DNA of 57,314 nt from contig MQRK01170105.1 in the NCBI GenBank assembly GCA_001938485.1, positions 1 to 57,314 on the forward strand. The letters run 5' to 3'. Each line of letters begins with the position of its first letter. Position 1 is the stretch's first letter. The notes beneath the pieces were generated by a model that saw only the letters and a list, made by a program, of their open reading frames with translations, made no database searches and had not been told where the DNA came from. Below are positions 38,413 through 51,285 of the stretch, piece by piece. Source of the DNA: Girardia tigrina (lineage: Eukaryota). A program made the translations under genes and the position numbers.

Positions 38413-41076
38413 ATGAAATATTTTCAATTGAAACTAATTTTCTTTCACATATTATTTGAGATTTCCTTTCCGATCATTTGGACTCAAGAAATAACGTTCT
38501 ATGTCGTAGAGGAAAACAAAAATGATCTGATTCTGGGGAACATTAATTATTTCCTCGAAAATCAAATGAAAACCGATCCGAAATCCGCAGAGTTTCATTT
38601 TATTAGTAAATATATCTCCATAGATAACGTATCAAAAAACGTTCGAATGAAACAAGTCGTCGATGTGGACACGATTTGTTCCACGGATTCCGAATGTTGT
38701 GACCAGGACATTTGCGTAATTAAAACAAAAATCCTTCTTCAAGAACATAACCAGTATAAAGCAACATTTTTATTGAAACTAGAAATTAAAGACCTTGATG
38801 ATAATTATCCGGTTTTTAATGAAGAAAAGAAAATCATCAGTCTATCCGAAAAGATTCCACTCAACACTTCAATTTCCATTGAAGGAGCTATAGACAAGGA
38901 TTTTTCCAAGGAAAATCAGGAGAAGATTTATCAGTTTTTTGATAGTACTGAAACCTTCGAACTGTCGAACCCTCATTTCCATTCTTTATCAATTTTTGTC
39001 AGAAAGCGTTTAGATTATGAAACAAAAGAAATGTTCAATTGTTTGCTTAAGGTTTGCGATAGAAAATATCAAAATTGTGCTAATAAATCTATAATAATAA
39101 AAGTAAAAGATGAAAACGACAATGATCCAGTATTCGAAAGAAAATCTTATTTTGTGAAAATACCTGAAAATTTCCAAATCGGGAAAGAGATTCTAAAGGT
39201 TACAGCGAAAGACATTGATGGAGTTGGATATAATAGAACGAAATATGGTTTTCAGTCGGAGTATAACATAATGTCGGTTTTTAAAATTGATGAACAAAGC
39301 GGTGCAATAAGTCTGATAAATAATCTTTCAATTAATAAGAAAAGTAAATATAATTTTAAAGTTTACGCAATGGACGCTTCGTTTATCAGTTTCAAAAAAG
39401 ATTACACAGAAGTCGAAATAAACGTTGAAGATGTCAATGATAACTACCCTTTAATTTCCCTTCTTAACGGTCCAATGCCGAATTTATATTTGGTCGATAT
39501 TGAAGAAAACATTCCTCCGAAAACTTTGTTTTCCATTCAAGTTACCGATAAAGATCTGGGGAATAATTCCATTGTAGCGTGTTCCTTAAACACAGCCAAA
39601 GATGATCTTATTAAAATGGTTAAAATTGATTTAGAAATTTATCAAATTAATACTCAAAATCTTTTGGATTATGAAACAATTCAAACGATTGAAGGAGAGA
39701 TCCTTTGCTCGGATTCCGGAATTCCATCGTTATTATCGAGGAAACAGATCCAAATTAACATTATCGATGTGAATGAATATGAACCGGAAATAAAAAATTC
39801 CCCATTGATTATTAGTTTAAAGGAAAACATTCCCGAAAATAAGTATGTAATGAATATAGATGCTACTGATAGCGACAGAGGGGCTGTTCTGACGTATTAT
39901 CTAGATGAATCCAGCAAGGTTCATTTTTCCATTGATTCTCAAACTGGAAAGGTTCTAACAACAAACAACCCACTTGATAAAGAAACAAATGATTCTGTCA
40001 AATTCAAAGTTATAGTTACAGATAGTCTAAAAAATCCGTATACGGCAACAGTTGTCATAACGGTTAATATACTCGATCAAAATGATAATGCCCCACAGTT
40101 TATCCATGTCCGACCCTTCGTTGTTTATGAGAATCAGTTTATTTACACAAAATTAACCACGAAAATCGAAGCAAATGATGCTGATAAAGAAGAACTAAAT
40201 AGATCAATAATATTTCGTTTACTACATACATTTAATTGTCATATGGAAATGATCCATGACCAAGTGTTTGACGTAAACTGGCTGGGAGAAATCGAAACTG
40301 TAGCACTAATAGATCGAGAGAAAGATAATAATTATACTCTAACTATTCTCGCTCAAGATAGAGGTAATCCACCATTTTCAAACTCTATAAATATTACAAT
40401 CACAATTCAAGATATAAATGACAATGCACCGGTATGGATTTATCCATATGCGATTCCGCCTGTGGAACCGGAAGCCACAATTAATGTTTCTAGGGACGCT
40501 ACTCTAGGAACTGTTATAGCAAATCTTAAAGCATCAGATCAGGATTTAGATGATGCTGGTAAAGTCGGTTACTTAATCTTATCTTCTGACACTTATCATC
40601 GCAATGGTCATTTTTTACTTTTAAATGAAACTACTGGAACTTTGAGTATCTCCCAGTATCCTTTAATCTATGGAAGAAATCAGTTACGTATTCGAGCTCA
40701 TGATCATGGGCAGCCTCAATTATATACAGATGCTACACTAATTATAAATGTAATGCAGTCCAACGATAACCTATTTAGTGGTCTTAACATGGCTATTATA
40801 ATTGGAATGTTGTCGATCACTGCCCTAATTTCCCTTTTTCTAGTCATTGCTATCTTTTTTATTCGTCGAAGTCCAAATCCACCTCGAAATCATAGACTGT
40901 CAAGTCAAAATATCAGAAAAGATTGTGAAAGTACCTTGAAAAATTCCTATAAAGATCTGGATGAGTTTCCTGAAAAAATTGATTCTGTGTTTACCGACAA
41001 TGACTGCCACCACGTGTATTACCGGAATGGAAACAGCGAAACAAATCTACCCATGTATCCTCAATCATCCGTAGAA
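38413..41076 (+). CDS. Protocadherin (7 cadherin repeats, delta1-like architecture): large exon with signal peptide, ectodomain, TM and proximal cytoplasmic tail
   Basis: Hydrophobic N-terminus. Linkers DLDDNYP, DENDNDP, DVNDNYP, DVNEYEP, DQNDNAP and DINDNAP, plus a seventh repeat. LDYE/LDKE/IDRE and AxDxG motifs. TM MAIIIGMLSITALISLFLVIAIFFI. Acceptor tttttag lies directly before the ATG and a phase-0 donor GAA|GTACGT lies at 41077. The ORF tail to 41187 looks intronic. Confidence 0.93.
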
Positions 41077-42539
41077 GTACGTTATAAAATTTACTTGTTT
41101 TTACGTTTACATTTTTTAATAGTTTTTTTCAAAGACAAAGTGTTATTCTTTTCAAAATATTTAAAGATATTTTACATAATTTTCTAATTATTAGCTTTTC
41201 CGAAAATATGACCAAAGATATCCGAAACAAGACACGCCCTTTTATAATTGAAAATGAATATTTCTTAAAAATCCTTAATTTGGTCATTTGAGAGAATATA
41301 AAAAGTGTTACTACATCATTGTTTTGTAGCGAGATCTAATTAATTTGACTGTTATAAAAGTGTATCATGGATAGGTAAACGTTGATGCTACATTAACTAC
41401 GTGTTAGAAAGATTTGTTTAAAAGATTGTTCAAACTTTATCACAACTGAGTTATAAAGTTATTAAATCTTAAAATACTTGTATAAAATAAATGTATTATA
41501 CTTTTATTCTGAAAGAAACATGTGATATCCTAATACATTATTCAGTTGCTCTGAACCAGTACCATCTTGGGCACAAAACTCTAAGCTGTTATCTCCAGAT
41601 GGCTTGCCCAAAGCAACCCACATATAATTATATATCGTTATATTAAATAAAATAAAAATAATTAAATAATCTAATTAATAAACATGTGCTGATTGGTTAA
41701 AATATTTAATTCAAAAAAATAATAATGGCTAATTTACCCCTGAAGACTTCGAAAATTGAAACTTAATACATATAACAAACTGACTGTATTACGAGCTATT
41801 TTCTTGCAATATTTCGAGTTTTTTATTGATCAAGTTACAAACTAGTTATTTAACATTGAGAAGTAATAATACTTAATATATAATATTATCAGAGTCAAAT
41901 CAACCTGAATATTCTAAACTATGAGATTAGATTACAATTATAAAGTAACTTATATTTATTGTTCACCTTCAAACACATTTTTCTTTTTACAAGATTCACA
42001 ATACATTTAGCATTCCGTTCAACTGTTGTAGTTAATACAATTTTATTGAATAATATTTATATTTTTTATTTATATAATTATACTAGAAGAGGATTTAGTA
42101 CATAGTCAATTATAACTAAGTTCACTTTTACTATTATATAATACAAATCTGTTTTATTAAATACAAATCCAAATAAAGAGAAGAGACTATTTAAAGTGTA
42201 ATTTTCAATTTCTTAAAAAGCATAAGTGAGGATACAAGATTGTTAATTTTATACAATTGCAAGAGTAAATGTAATTAGCAAGACGATTTTTGAGAAAATA
42301 ATAAACCTGAAATTAAATTACATTTTACAAACGATACTCAGCAAGATTATATTGGTAAAATATCGGTGGACGAAAAAAATAAAGAAAAATATAACTTTTA
42401 TTATTATAATCGACATAAAGTCAGACAATTGAAGGAAGCAAAGAATTATAGAAGGTCTTCGAAAACGTGTTACTTTGGAAGAAAAAAATAAAGTGAGTGA
42501 ACAATTTATCAAATATGTAACTTAGAAACCAAATTTAGT

Positions 42540-44130
42540 TGCAAAGTGACAAACGAAAAACGTTTCAGAAGTACCAAGAATACAATACAGATTGTAGATA
42601 AGCCAACGATTGTCGATATTTATTATGGAGGATAAATGGGTTGAGAGATGTGAGGTGCTTAAGCAGAAAAAAACTTCCGATCAACCTTAGGTCCGATAGA
42701 CAACCGGTTAGTCTTGAAGCAAAATTAATGTGATCATTAAAAACTTGTCATCAAGCAATACAATTAACTTTGGAATACACTGATGGACTGTGTATGAAAA
42801 AAAGAAAGAATTGTGTCAAAATTTGGTTTTTTATTTTACTCAACTAAACGTAATCGCTGATAGACAGGCATTTCCAATACCAAATATAATAGAAATGATA
42901 GACATGATATACAGAGCAAGATATTTTACATCCATTGATTTGGAAAATGGCAAATGCCTAGTTCAACTAGAGGACTGATTCTGTTTCAACAGAATGCTGT
43001 TCAGTCTAGCAGTAGTATCAAGAGCATTCCGGTAACTCTTGACAAAGGCACTCGAGGAATAAAACGGACAGTAGTATTCTTAGGTGACTTATTTTTTGAA
43101 GTCCTTGGAAAAACATAAAGAAATTCTATATAAAAATTTAGACCAAATCTAGAAAGCAGAATTAACTCGAAAAAGTGTCATATCCTAAAAATTTAAGTTA
43201 AAATTTTGATACATATAATTAGTGATAAATGTATTCTAGTAGATTTATTTAAATTACAAGCCATGAAGTCTTTTGAAAATCCCAAATAGGCAAAGAATCT
43301 TAGAAGATTTCTTGGAATTTTCAACTATTCTAGAAGATTTTATTAAGGATTTTGCAAGAAAGATTAACATGGGGATGATTTGGATGCCGAAAACGAAAAG
43401 AAGAGATGTGATCGCGAAGATACATGCTTTAATGTTTCACACAAACGCACAGAAAATCGCAAAATACATTCCATAAAATTATGACTTGATCAACCGGAAT
43501 TAAATAACAAAAATACAATTATACAGTAGAAAGCATGCCAGAAAAGTAAAACATAAATTATCCAATGTAGAAAGCACGAATGAACAGACCTCTTAAGGAA
43601 ACACAGAGAAAGGAAAAATATATTGATGCAATCATTAATCCTTTGAGATAGGAGGTATACCATAATCTTAGAAAACTATTAGCAAACAGGATCAAATATC
43701 TATAAAAGACACCATAATGAAAAAATGAATCTTGAAATTTGGAGCATTGAAATAAATACATATGGATCCTGGGAAGACATTCGAGTCTCAGGTAATTAAA
43801 AACATGACAACATCTTTGGACATAAATTTATCGAGTCCATGTCATAACAACTTGAAATGAATAGTAGAGAGATAATGTTGGACAATCGAATAATATTGAA
43901 ATCATTGCTGCGAGAAAAAACAAGGACAGGTTTGGAAGGAAAATTGCCAGGAATAGAATCTACGCTAAACGCAAAATTTCAGAGGCTAATAGATAAGACC
44001 CCGGCAGAAATGTATTTGATAAAAGAATATAAAGAAAAAGATTACATAGTGGAGAAATAAAGACGAATCAAGAAAAGTATACTGTTGGAGAAAGTTCCAG
44101 ATTGATAATGAAGTATTATTCAAGATGAAA
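42540..44130 (+). mobile_element. Highly decayed Ty3/gypsy pol relic (RT and integrase fragments)
   Basis: FTQLNVIADRQAFPIPNIIEMIDMIYRARYFTSIDLENG (gypsy RT). LPGIESTLNAKFQRLIDKTPAEMY (integrase C-terminal part). Many stops and frameshifts. Confidence 0.75.
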
Positions 44131-44827
44131 ACCGGTGTTGGTGCACAAGCGGGCGCAGCGCAGTGGCAGGACTTCATTCAATCATGTAAAATATGTCAGA
44201 AAAAGACTATGACAACAAAGTCAAAAGAAACCATCGTGAAACAAAGTGCAAACTATCCATTCAAATCAATATTTCTAGATTTCTGTGGTCCGTTAAAGCA
44301 AGCATTTCAGGGAAAAATATATTTTGGCTATTATAGATCAGTTAAGCCGGTATATATCATTAAATGCAGTTGCTAAGATGGATGAAGGTACGACAATCGA
44401 GATACTTCTCAGTCACTGGATTTGGAAATTTGGAGAACCATGTATAATTCACATGGATTGTGCTAAAACGTTTAAATCTTCCGTAATGAAAGAGCTTGCG
44501 GAACGTCGTAAAATACAACTACAATTTTCTAGCTCTTATCATCATAGCGTTAATGGCATAATTGAGAGACAATTTAGAACCATAAGAGATTATATAAATG
44601 GCACAAGACAAGATAAAATCGGAAAGACATGGGTTGATATCTTACCAAAGGTAGAATTTACTCTGAATGATACAACACAGAAATCGATTGGAATGAGCCC
44701 AACAGAAGAGATATTTGGATTTTAAATTAACCGACAATGGAATAATTCCTGGAGAACGAATAAAAATAAAGATGAAATTGTTAAATTACTTAGGAGGAAT
44801 CAGGAAAAAATAGTTATGACAATAGTA

Positions 44828-45180
44828 GGCCTCCTCCCCCATCGGCGGCAGCACATGGACCCTTTTCGGAATCCATGCGGCACTTACCCGACGGATAATG
44901 ACTCGTAGAATCTATAAGGAGCCGGGACGGTTGTCTCATCGGGTTTCACCCCTCAACTGATCATGGGCCCCGCCGTTAGACGTTTCCATGATCCCGCCCG
45001 GAATAGCATTGCCTTTCAAGAGGGCGGATTGCGGGCCCAGACCCTCGTACTATGTTGGTCAGCACCCCAACAAGGCAAGCTTCGGACACTTTAGCCTAGA
45101 GCATGCTCTAGTTTCCCAGGGACACCACGTGGAGGTATGTCCGACTGGCTTAACACAGGTTACCAAAGTAACGGGACCCC
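44828..45180 (-). mobile_element. 353-bp GC-rich non-coding SINE-like retro-insertion headed by an HDV-like ribozyme
   Basis: Perfect 12-bp TSD atgacaatagta (44816-44827 and 45181-45192). About 57% GC by hand count. No TIRs. Removing it restores integrase SYDNSKICHTTFNVGDEMLVK. Confidence 0.9.
45083..45180 (-). ncRNA. HDV-like self-cleaving ribozyme fold
   Basis: Minus strand: P1 GGGGUC/GUCCCU (G1-U wobble, one U-U mismatch), J1/2 with hairpin GUUAC/GUAAC, P2 CGGACAU/GUGUCCG, P3 ACC/GGU, L3 UCCACGU, P1.1 CC/GG, P4 from palindromic CUAGAGCAUGCUCUAG, and J4/2 GCUAAA with the putative catalytic C at 45094. Confidence 0.85.
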
Positions 45181-46959
45181 ATGACAATAGTAAAATTTGT
45201 CACACGACATTCAATGTGGGAGATGAAATGTTAGTCAAAATTGAAAGTCTTAATAATAAAGACGGGAATCGTTATGATGGTCCTTTTAATATAATTAAAA
45301 AGAGACATGACAGAAGTTATGAAGTAACAAATAATAAGGGGAAGACATTAATAAGAAATGTTGAATGGCTAAAGCCTTTTAAGAGATGGATATGTGAGAT
45401 AAATTAATATTTGTAAATAATAAATGTAAATAACTTATAATAAAATTTAATTAAACATGGTTCAAAAACATTCATATATTTTAACTCTACTATTTTAGAA
45501 ATGTGATTTTATAAAAAGACAAATTTATTCAAATATTGTCAGAAATCGCGTGAAAATTAAAAATATTGTTTTATATTATCTAATAAGATTATTTAAAAAA
45601 TAAATAATGGCGAATGGATTTTGAAAAGAAAGATGAAAATTTGTTTGTAACAGAAATTGTTTAATTTGGCTAATGAGGGGCATTACTGACGCAATATTTG
45701 ACGCAATAGATAATGTTGACTTAATATTTAGTAAAAGTTAATTGTAAAAAATTAATAATTAATTGATAAAAAAGAAAATAAAATGAAATGATATTAAAAA
45801 AAATAATTTGCTTCAAGTTTTAGCGTGAAAGCAAAAGAATTTGTTTTCTCTCTTCGATTTCAGCAGAAAAAGACATGGAAAAGAACATTTCATTTCGAAT
45901 TTAATTCTTCAATTAAAATCAATTTCAAAGTAACATTTTTTTTCAAATATTATTAGTTCAATTATGAAATATTTTTTTTAATTTATTTTAATGAAAAACC
46001 TAGCATGCGAGAAATTGTTTTTTTCATTACAAAAAACGAAAAAAAATAAATTTTTTTTATTAAATTAAATTAGTTTTTCTATCATAAATATAAAGTTTTA
46101 AAACAAATTTTACAAAAAAAGTAATCTATTGTTGAATTTTTTATTTATTTTTGATACAATTTTGATTTCCTTTGACCATTGTCAGATCCAATTTTTCTTT
46201 CTACATTTCCACTGTTTTTTTAATAAAATATAATTTAAAATTTCTGTTATTTAAACAAATGTTCTTTTCTTTTATTATTCTTTTTTTCAATGAGGTTTTT
46301 TAATAAATATAAAAAAATCATTGTTAATAATTCACAATAGGATTTATTTAATTTTCGAAAGAATATTTGTGTATTTTATAATATTTCCCGTTTTAGGTAA
46401 TTGTTTTCGTGAATGTCTGTTGAAAATGTCGATTCAGCTGTTTTGTTTAAATGAGTTTTATACTTATTCGAAATAGATGGCAGTTAAAACAAAAAAACAG
46501 ATTTTTATTTTACTTTTTAATCCAGTTTAACACTCAGTTTTAATAATATATTAATTACAAATATTTTTTTTATTATTATAAATATGTCTGACTAGAGATT
46601 AGAATATTAAGTATTTCAATAATAATTTATTTTATTTTTAAATATTTTAAATTGTTTTCTTTTGAAGATAAATATATTTGTGTAAATTTAATTAAAATAT
46701 TAGCTTTTTTTAATATTTTATTTAGAGATATTTTAAGTATTAGAAGATGGAAGATGAAAACATTTTTTTTTATTTTCAGTGTTTTCATTAAAAAATATAT
46801 TAACAGATGAAGTATTAGTAATGTATTAAATATATATTTAGTTTAGATTATCAAAAATATTGAAATCATACTTGTTTCCTAAAAGCAGAAATTATTAAAG
46901 AATAAAGCATTATTACCTTTAATTTGATAGTCTTCCTTTTTATGATACGTGTAATAAAT

Positions 46960-47960
46960 AATCATGAAAATACTTTCGATAAAGTTGAAGAGGATGATGT
47001 TTGCACATTGATTTTAGGATCAAAGAATTTGATCAACAATGCTTCACACATCACCCTCTCCCAGTAATTACCAAATTGTGAACATAAAATCTCAATTACT
47101 TAAGTAACAAAGGGTTATTATGAATGACTCACCTATCAGATGAATGTTGATTACTATGAGTCAGTCTATATAGTGGGAGAATTACTAAGCTAGTTTAATC
47201 AGTGAGTTAAACGAGCTTAGCAATCTATAATTAACCGAAAAAAAATCAACCAACGTACCAAATAAAACTATATTGTTTAAACGAAAATACAACGAGAATT
47301 GTAAGGATTAAAACTTGTAACAAACCGATTTGATCAAATAGTTCCCAAATAAAGTCTCTGGGAGATATTGTCAAAGATGAAGTGATATGTTGAATTAACT
47401 AGTTGATCAATTGATGTTTCCTAAACCGAACCACTGACTATCGTTGGAAAGATAGTTTTGCATTCTCTTGTTAAAATTTGAGTTTCAGAAATTATATTAA
47501 TTTCTCTATCTGTTATTAATTTGGCCGGACGGAAACTGATCCAAATAAACTTTTATCATAATTTTTTATTTAATTTGTCAATATTCCTATGGATATTTTT
47601 TGTACTTATATAAATATTTTATGACGTTGCTCGAAGCATAAATTATTATTAATTTCTTCCTTTTTTAATTGACTTGACTTTTTTCTTTTTTGACGTAAAC
47701 CAAATAAAATAATTTCGATTTTCGTAAGAGGTAAAATTTTGGTTTGATGCATTCAATTGTTGAAGGATTTCGCTTTTGTTGAATAATAAAAAATACATAC
47801 AAAAATAAAATTACATGTTCACACACGTCAGCATAAAAAGATTAACAAAATAAGTAGGGCACTACAATGGTAATGTGTGAAACATTGTTTATCAAATCCT
47901 TTGATCCTAAAATCAATGTTCAAACGCCATATCAACTTTATTGAAAGTATTTTCATGATT
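46960..47960. mobile_element. Pair of inverted Penelope 3'-tail fragments
   Basis: 46960-47055 is the reverse complement of 47869-47960 (ggtRatgtgtgaaRcattgtt..tcaaat..tttgatcctaaaatcaatgt..caaac..tcaactttatYgaaagtattttcatgatt). Same tail family as at 8.4 and 17.5 kb. Confidence 0.75.
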
Positions 47961-50657
47961 TAAATTACAAATGATAACATATAATATATTATTTTTATCC
48001 AAATTCTTTTCTCAATCTTGTTTGCTAAACTTATTTATTATTCAGGAGTTTATCAAATGATATCAATTCAAAATAAAAGAAGGAACTACATTTATAAATC
48101 CAAAAGTTAAAAACTAAAAATTATTTTAATTAAAATTAAAAGATTTGTATAAAAAAAGAAATCAATGTAAGCCTTACATCAACCTTCACTTTTTTAAGTT
48201 TTTCAGTCCTTATACATCATTTAATCTTATATTGAAGCCTTCAATTTTTTATGTACTTTCATTATCATAATGTGTTTCATACACGTGTTACCATCCAATT
48301 TTCAAATTTTCATCCCAACTTTGACTTAAATGACATATCAGCGAAGAGTCGAGGGGTTTCCAAAGTATGATAATACTATTAAGAACAACAATTCAACTTA
48401 AAGTGTTTCTTACACAATTTCTGTTTATTTTAGCGCAATGACAGCAATGGAGTCATTCCCATCAAAAAAGATCAGAAAGCCAGGTCCTCATCATATCTTT
48501 GTCCATCTATCCTTCACTATTGGTATTTAATAAAATATATAAAGGAAACGATTATATTCATAGTGTTTTCCGTTTTAATATCACGATTCGCATCAACTTC
48601 TCTCCGTCTGATTTATTATTTAATTAAAATTATTTTTCTGTACATTTTTTAATATAAATTTCATAAATTTTGAAATATTATTTCATATATAAGGTACCCT
48701 AAATTAAAAGGAGTTGAACACTATGAGAACTTAAAATCTGTACTAAAAATTTTAAAGATTATTGTTTGGATTAAGATTAAAGATTATTGTAAAGATTATT
48801 CAAAAACTACTATATATATTATCATTATTATCGATATTTATATCAAGGGACACATTCATCATCTCTCTTTCTAGCATCAATTAAAAATGACCATCTGGGA
48901 TGTTTTTATTCGTTTTCGTTTCTTTTGTTAATGTAAATAATAAGTAAAAGAAATGTATAGATGATATATAAAAAATTGTAGAAAGTTGAAAAGAAAAAAA
49001 TCTGGAATCTTTTAGACACCTTAAATACGTTTTTGACATTTTTAATTTGAAATTTGTTTGTTCGTTGAGTTTTTTTTGTCAGGGAGAGAATGAAAGAAAT
49101 TCTGTGAGGTCGGAATTCGTCACATCACAAACAACAAAAAAACACCGGTGTCAGTCCCTCAACATGATGCGTCAGACTTGTGTATATTTACACAGATGAA
49201 TTGAAGCTTTCTAATAATTAAACTTGGAAGGGAGGGATGCTTTCATGCTCTTGTACTCGTTGTACAAAATGTTTCGACACAGCACACAGAATGCAAAATC
49301 ATGGACAGTGGGATCACTACTAGTCTTTTCTATGTGCTAAACAAAAATGAATCAGATCTTTAAAAGATCAAAGACCTTCATTATGACCATTTGGAAAAGC
49401 AATAGCTATGTTTTTTTCGATTTAAAGACTTTACCTAAAACAGAGCCAGTATTTCAATATATTGTTTATTTGTGGAGGTATCGCATCAATTTAGCGCGTC
49501 AATTTAGTACAACAATTCAGCCCAGCGACAACTGTGGAAGGTTATATTTATCAAACACTGTTAGATAATAAATAAAAAACAATTGATAAAACTTCAAAAG
49601 TAAACATTGTTGTTAAAGATGTTCAAAATATTTGCATTTATTGAGCCTTATGAAGTCAGGATCTCTTTGAAAACTAATGATAATTTTGCACCTAATTCTA
49701 ATTTTGATTTGAGTCTTATAAACAACGGTCCTGTCCATTAACTCGTATACCAGAAGTGGAAAATTTTGACAACTCTCCTTAGCTTTTTGCCACCTTTACC
49801 TTGGGTGACTGGCATTATTCTTGTTGTTTCATATTTGTAGGTTACAGATTTTACAATTAAGGATTTTGAAGATATGGAATAAGCTTTAATTTAATAAAAT
49901 TATAAAATTAAGTAATTTTCTATATTAAATAACAAAAAATAATTGTAACATTTTATCAATAGTAAAGCGCAATTGTAAATGTTTTAGAAAAATGATATTT
50001 GTCTATTTTTATAATTAGAGTTTTCAATTATATATATTCATTTTTAATTAAAAAATAAACATTATATTTTTTCTGTTAAAAAATAAGCGGCTTATAGTTG
50101 AATAATTAATTAAGAAAATACAGAAAATATTTAATATAAAAAATCGACATAATATTTATCATATTTAATAATTAATAAAATATTTTTTACATAATTAAAA
50201 TACTTAATCAGTATTAATTGAATAATTAATCGCTTATAAAATTTAATTACTTATTTACCAGTAATGAATTACTGTTTTCGGTTAATATTCTTTTTCATTT
50301 ATTTTACTATTAAAAAAAATGAGAAAATGTCTAAGTAAAAATTTTGTGTGTTTAACAATACAACTTTGTTGATTATTCATTATGTTCTGTTTCTTCGATG
50401 GAATTTATCTCTGCCTGACTTCGCTGCGAGCCAATTTACATCTCAACCGATTTTGTATCGTCCAGTAGATAGTATGGAGTCACGATTGAAATATGTGTGG
50501 TAATCCTTGATACACTATTCGAGCGCCACAATCACTTTACCATATGCATAAGGGCTGAGATAAAGTTTAAAATCAACAATATACCCTTGTATACAAATTA
50601 ATTTGTATTAATAATACTATTTTATTAATAATTTGTGATTGAATACGATAATAATTA

Positions 50658-51190
50658 CCTAAAACTTCCAATAATCCCGCTGGGGAATTATTCTTTTTTT
50701 TAAGTTGGAAAAACAAGGACATGGGGGAGTATTAGAAATTTTTAAAAATCAAAAGTTTTTTTTAAAAATCAAATTTATTCATCCATTTCTGAATAGCTAG
50801 ATTCCAAATAGTCCTGAACTTAATGATTTATACTAGCACAATATTTTGTTCTAAATTTGATACCAAATTGTGCATTTTTGGTAATGAAAAAGCTCATTCC
50901 TTCACCTAAGAAACACGAATAAAAACTTTTTATAATCAGTTTTTTTGAAAGAGTATCCCCAGCAATATTAACGCATTTTGAAATCAACTCGCAATGCGGA
51001 GGTTTTATTCTACCAGATTTGGTACGCTCACAAGTATCAGATTTAAACCATTGAGCAGTTTGACCCGCATGAAGTCTTTAAATGATTTATTCCAAAAATA
51101 TTCGCTGGCTGAAGAAGACTGGTCAAAAAATTTAAAAAATTTTCAGCGTTGGGAATTATTAGAAGTGGGGGATTATTAGAAGTTTGAGAG
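50658..51190. mobile_element. ~530-bp MITE with pogo/Tigger-like TIRs
   Basis: Left TA-cctaaaacttccaataatccc versus reverse complement of the right end TA-ctctcaaacttctaataatcccc. TA flanks both ends. Confidence 0.65.
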
Positions 51191-51220
51191 TATTATAGAA
51201 ATAGTAATATTAGTCGGTAT

Positions 51221-51223
<3 letters not shown>

Positions 51224-51285
<62 letters not shown>
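51224..51285. repeat. (TA)n microsatellite abutting an assembly gap
   Basis: Perfect TA run ending at the N block 51286-52143. Confidence 0.95.

Larger units (their letters stand above)
44170..45407 (+). mobile_element. Ty3/gypsy integrase fragment interrupted by a 353-bp insertion
   Basis: CKICQK, PFKSIFLDFCGPL, IIDQLSRY, FGEPCIIHMDCAKTF and YHHSVNGIIERQFRTI. After the insertion come FNVGDEMLVK and YDGPFNII. Purine-rich tract then TG at ~45381-45394 may be the PPT/LTR start. Confidence 0.88.

Noticed and set aside
41077-41187. C-terminal hydrophobic tail of the 924-aa ORF
   Set aside because: AT-rich read-through past a strong donor site; likely intron.
41740-41770. ctgaaga...gaaac hammerhead-like spacing (similar cases at ~29046 and ~11568)
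   Set aside because: No credible stem II, stem III or stem I; expected by chance or too decayed.
44972-44982. gccgttagacg, which resembles the start of the planarian spliced leader as I recall it
   Set aside because: Only 11 nt match, the rest of a leader and its donor site are absent, and it is antisense to the element. The comparison is from memory.
44988-45407. 139-aa ORF
   Set aside because: Chimeric artefact: the first ~65 codons are the antisense of the 353-bp insertion and the rest is gypsy integrase tail.
48433-48520. Possible next protocadherin exon after ttttag (RNDSNGVIPIKKDQK...)
   Set aside because: Phase-compatible, but there is no recognisable protocadherin cytoplasmic motif or clear donor.
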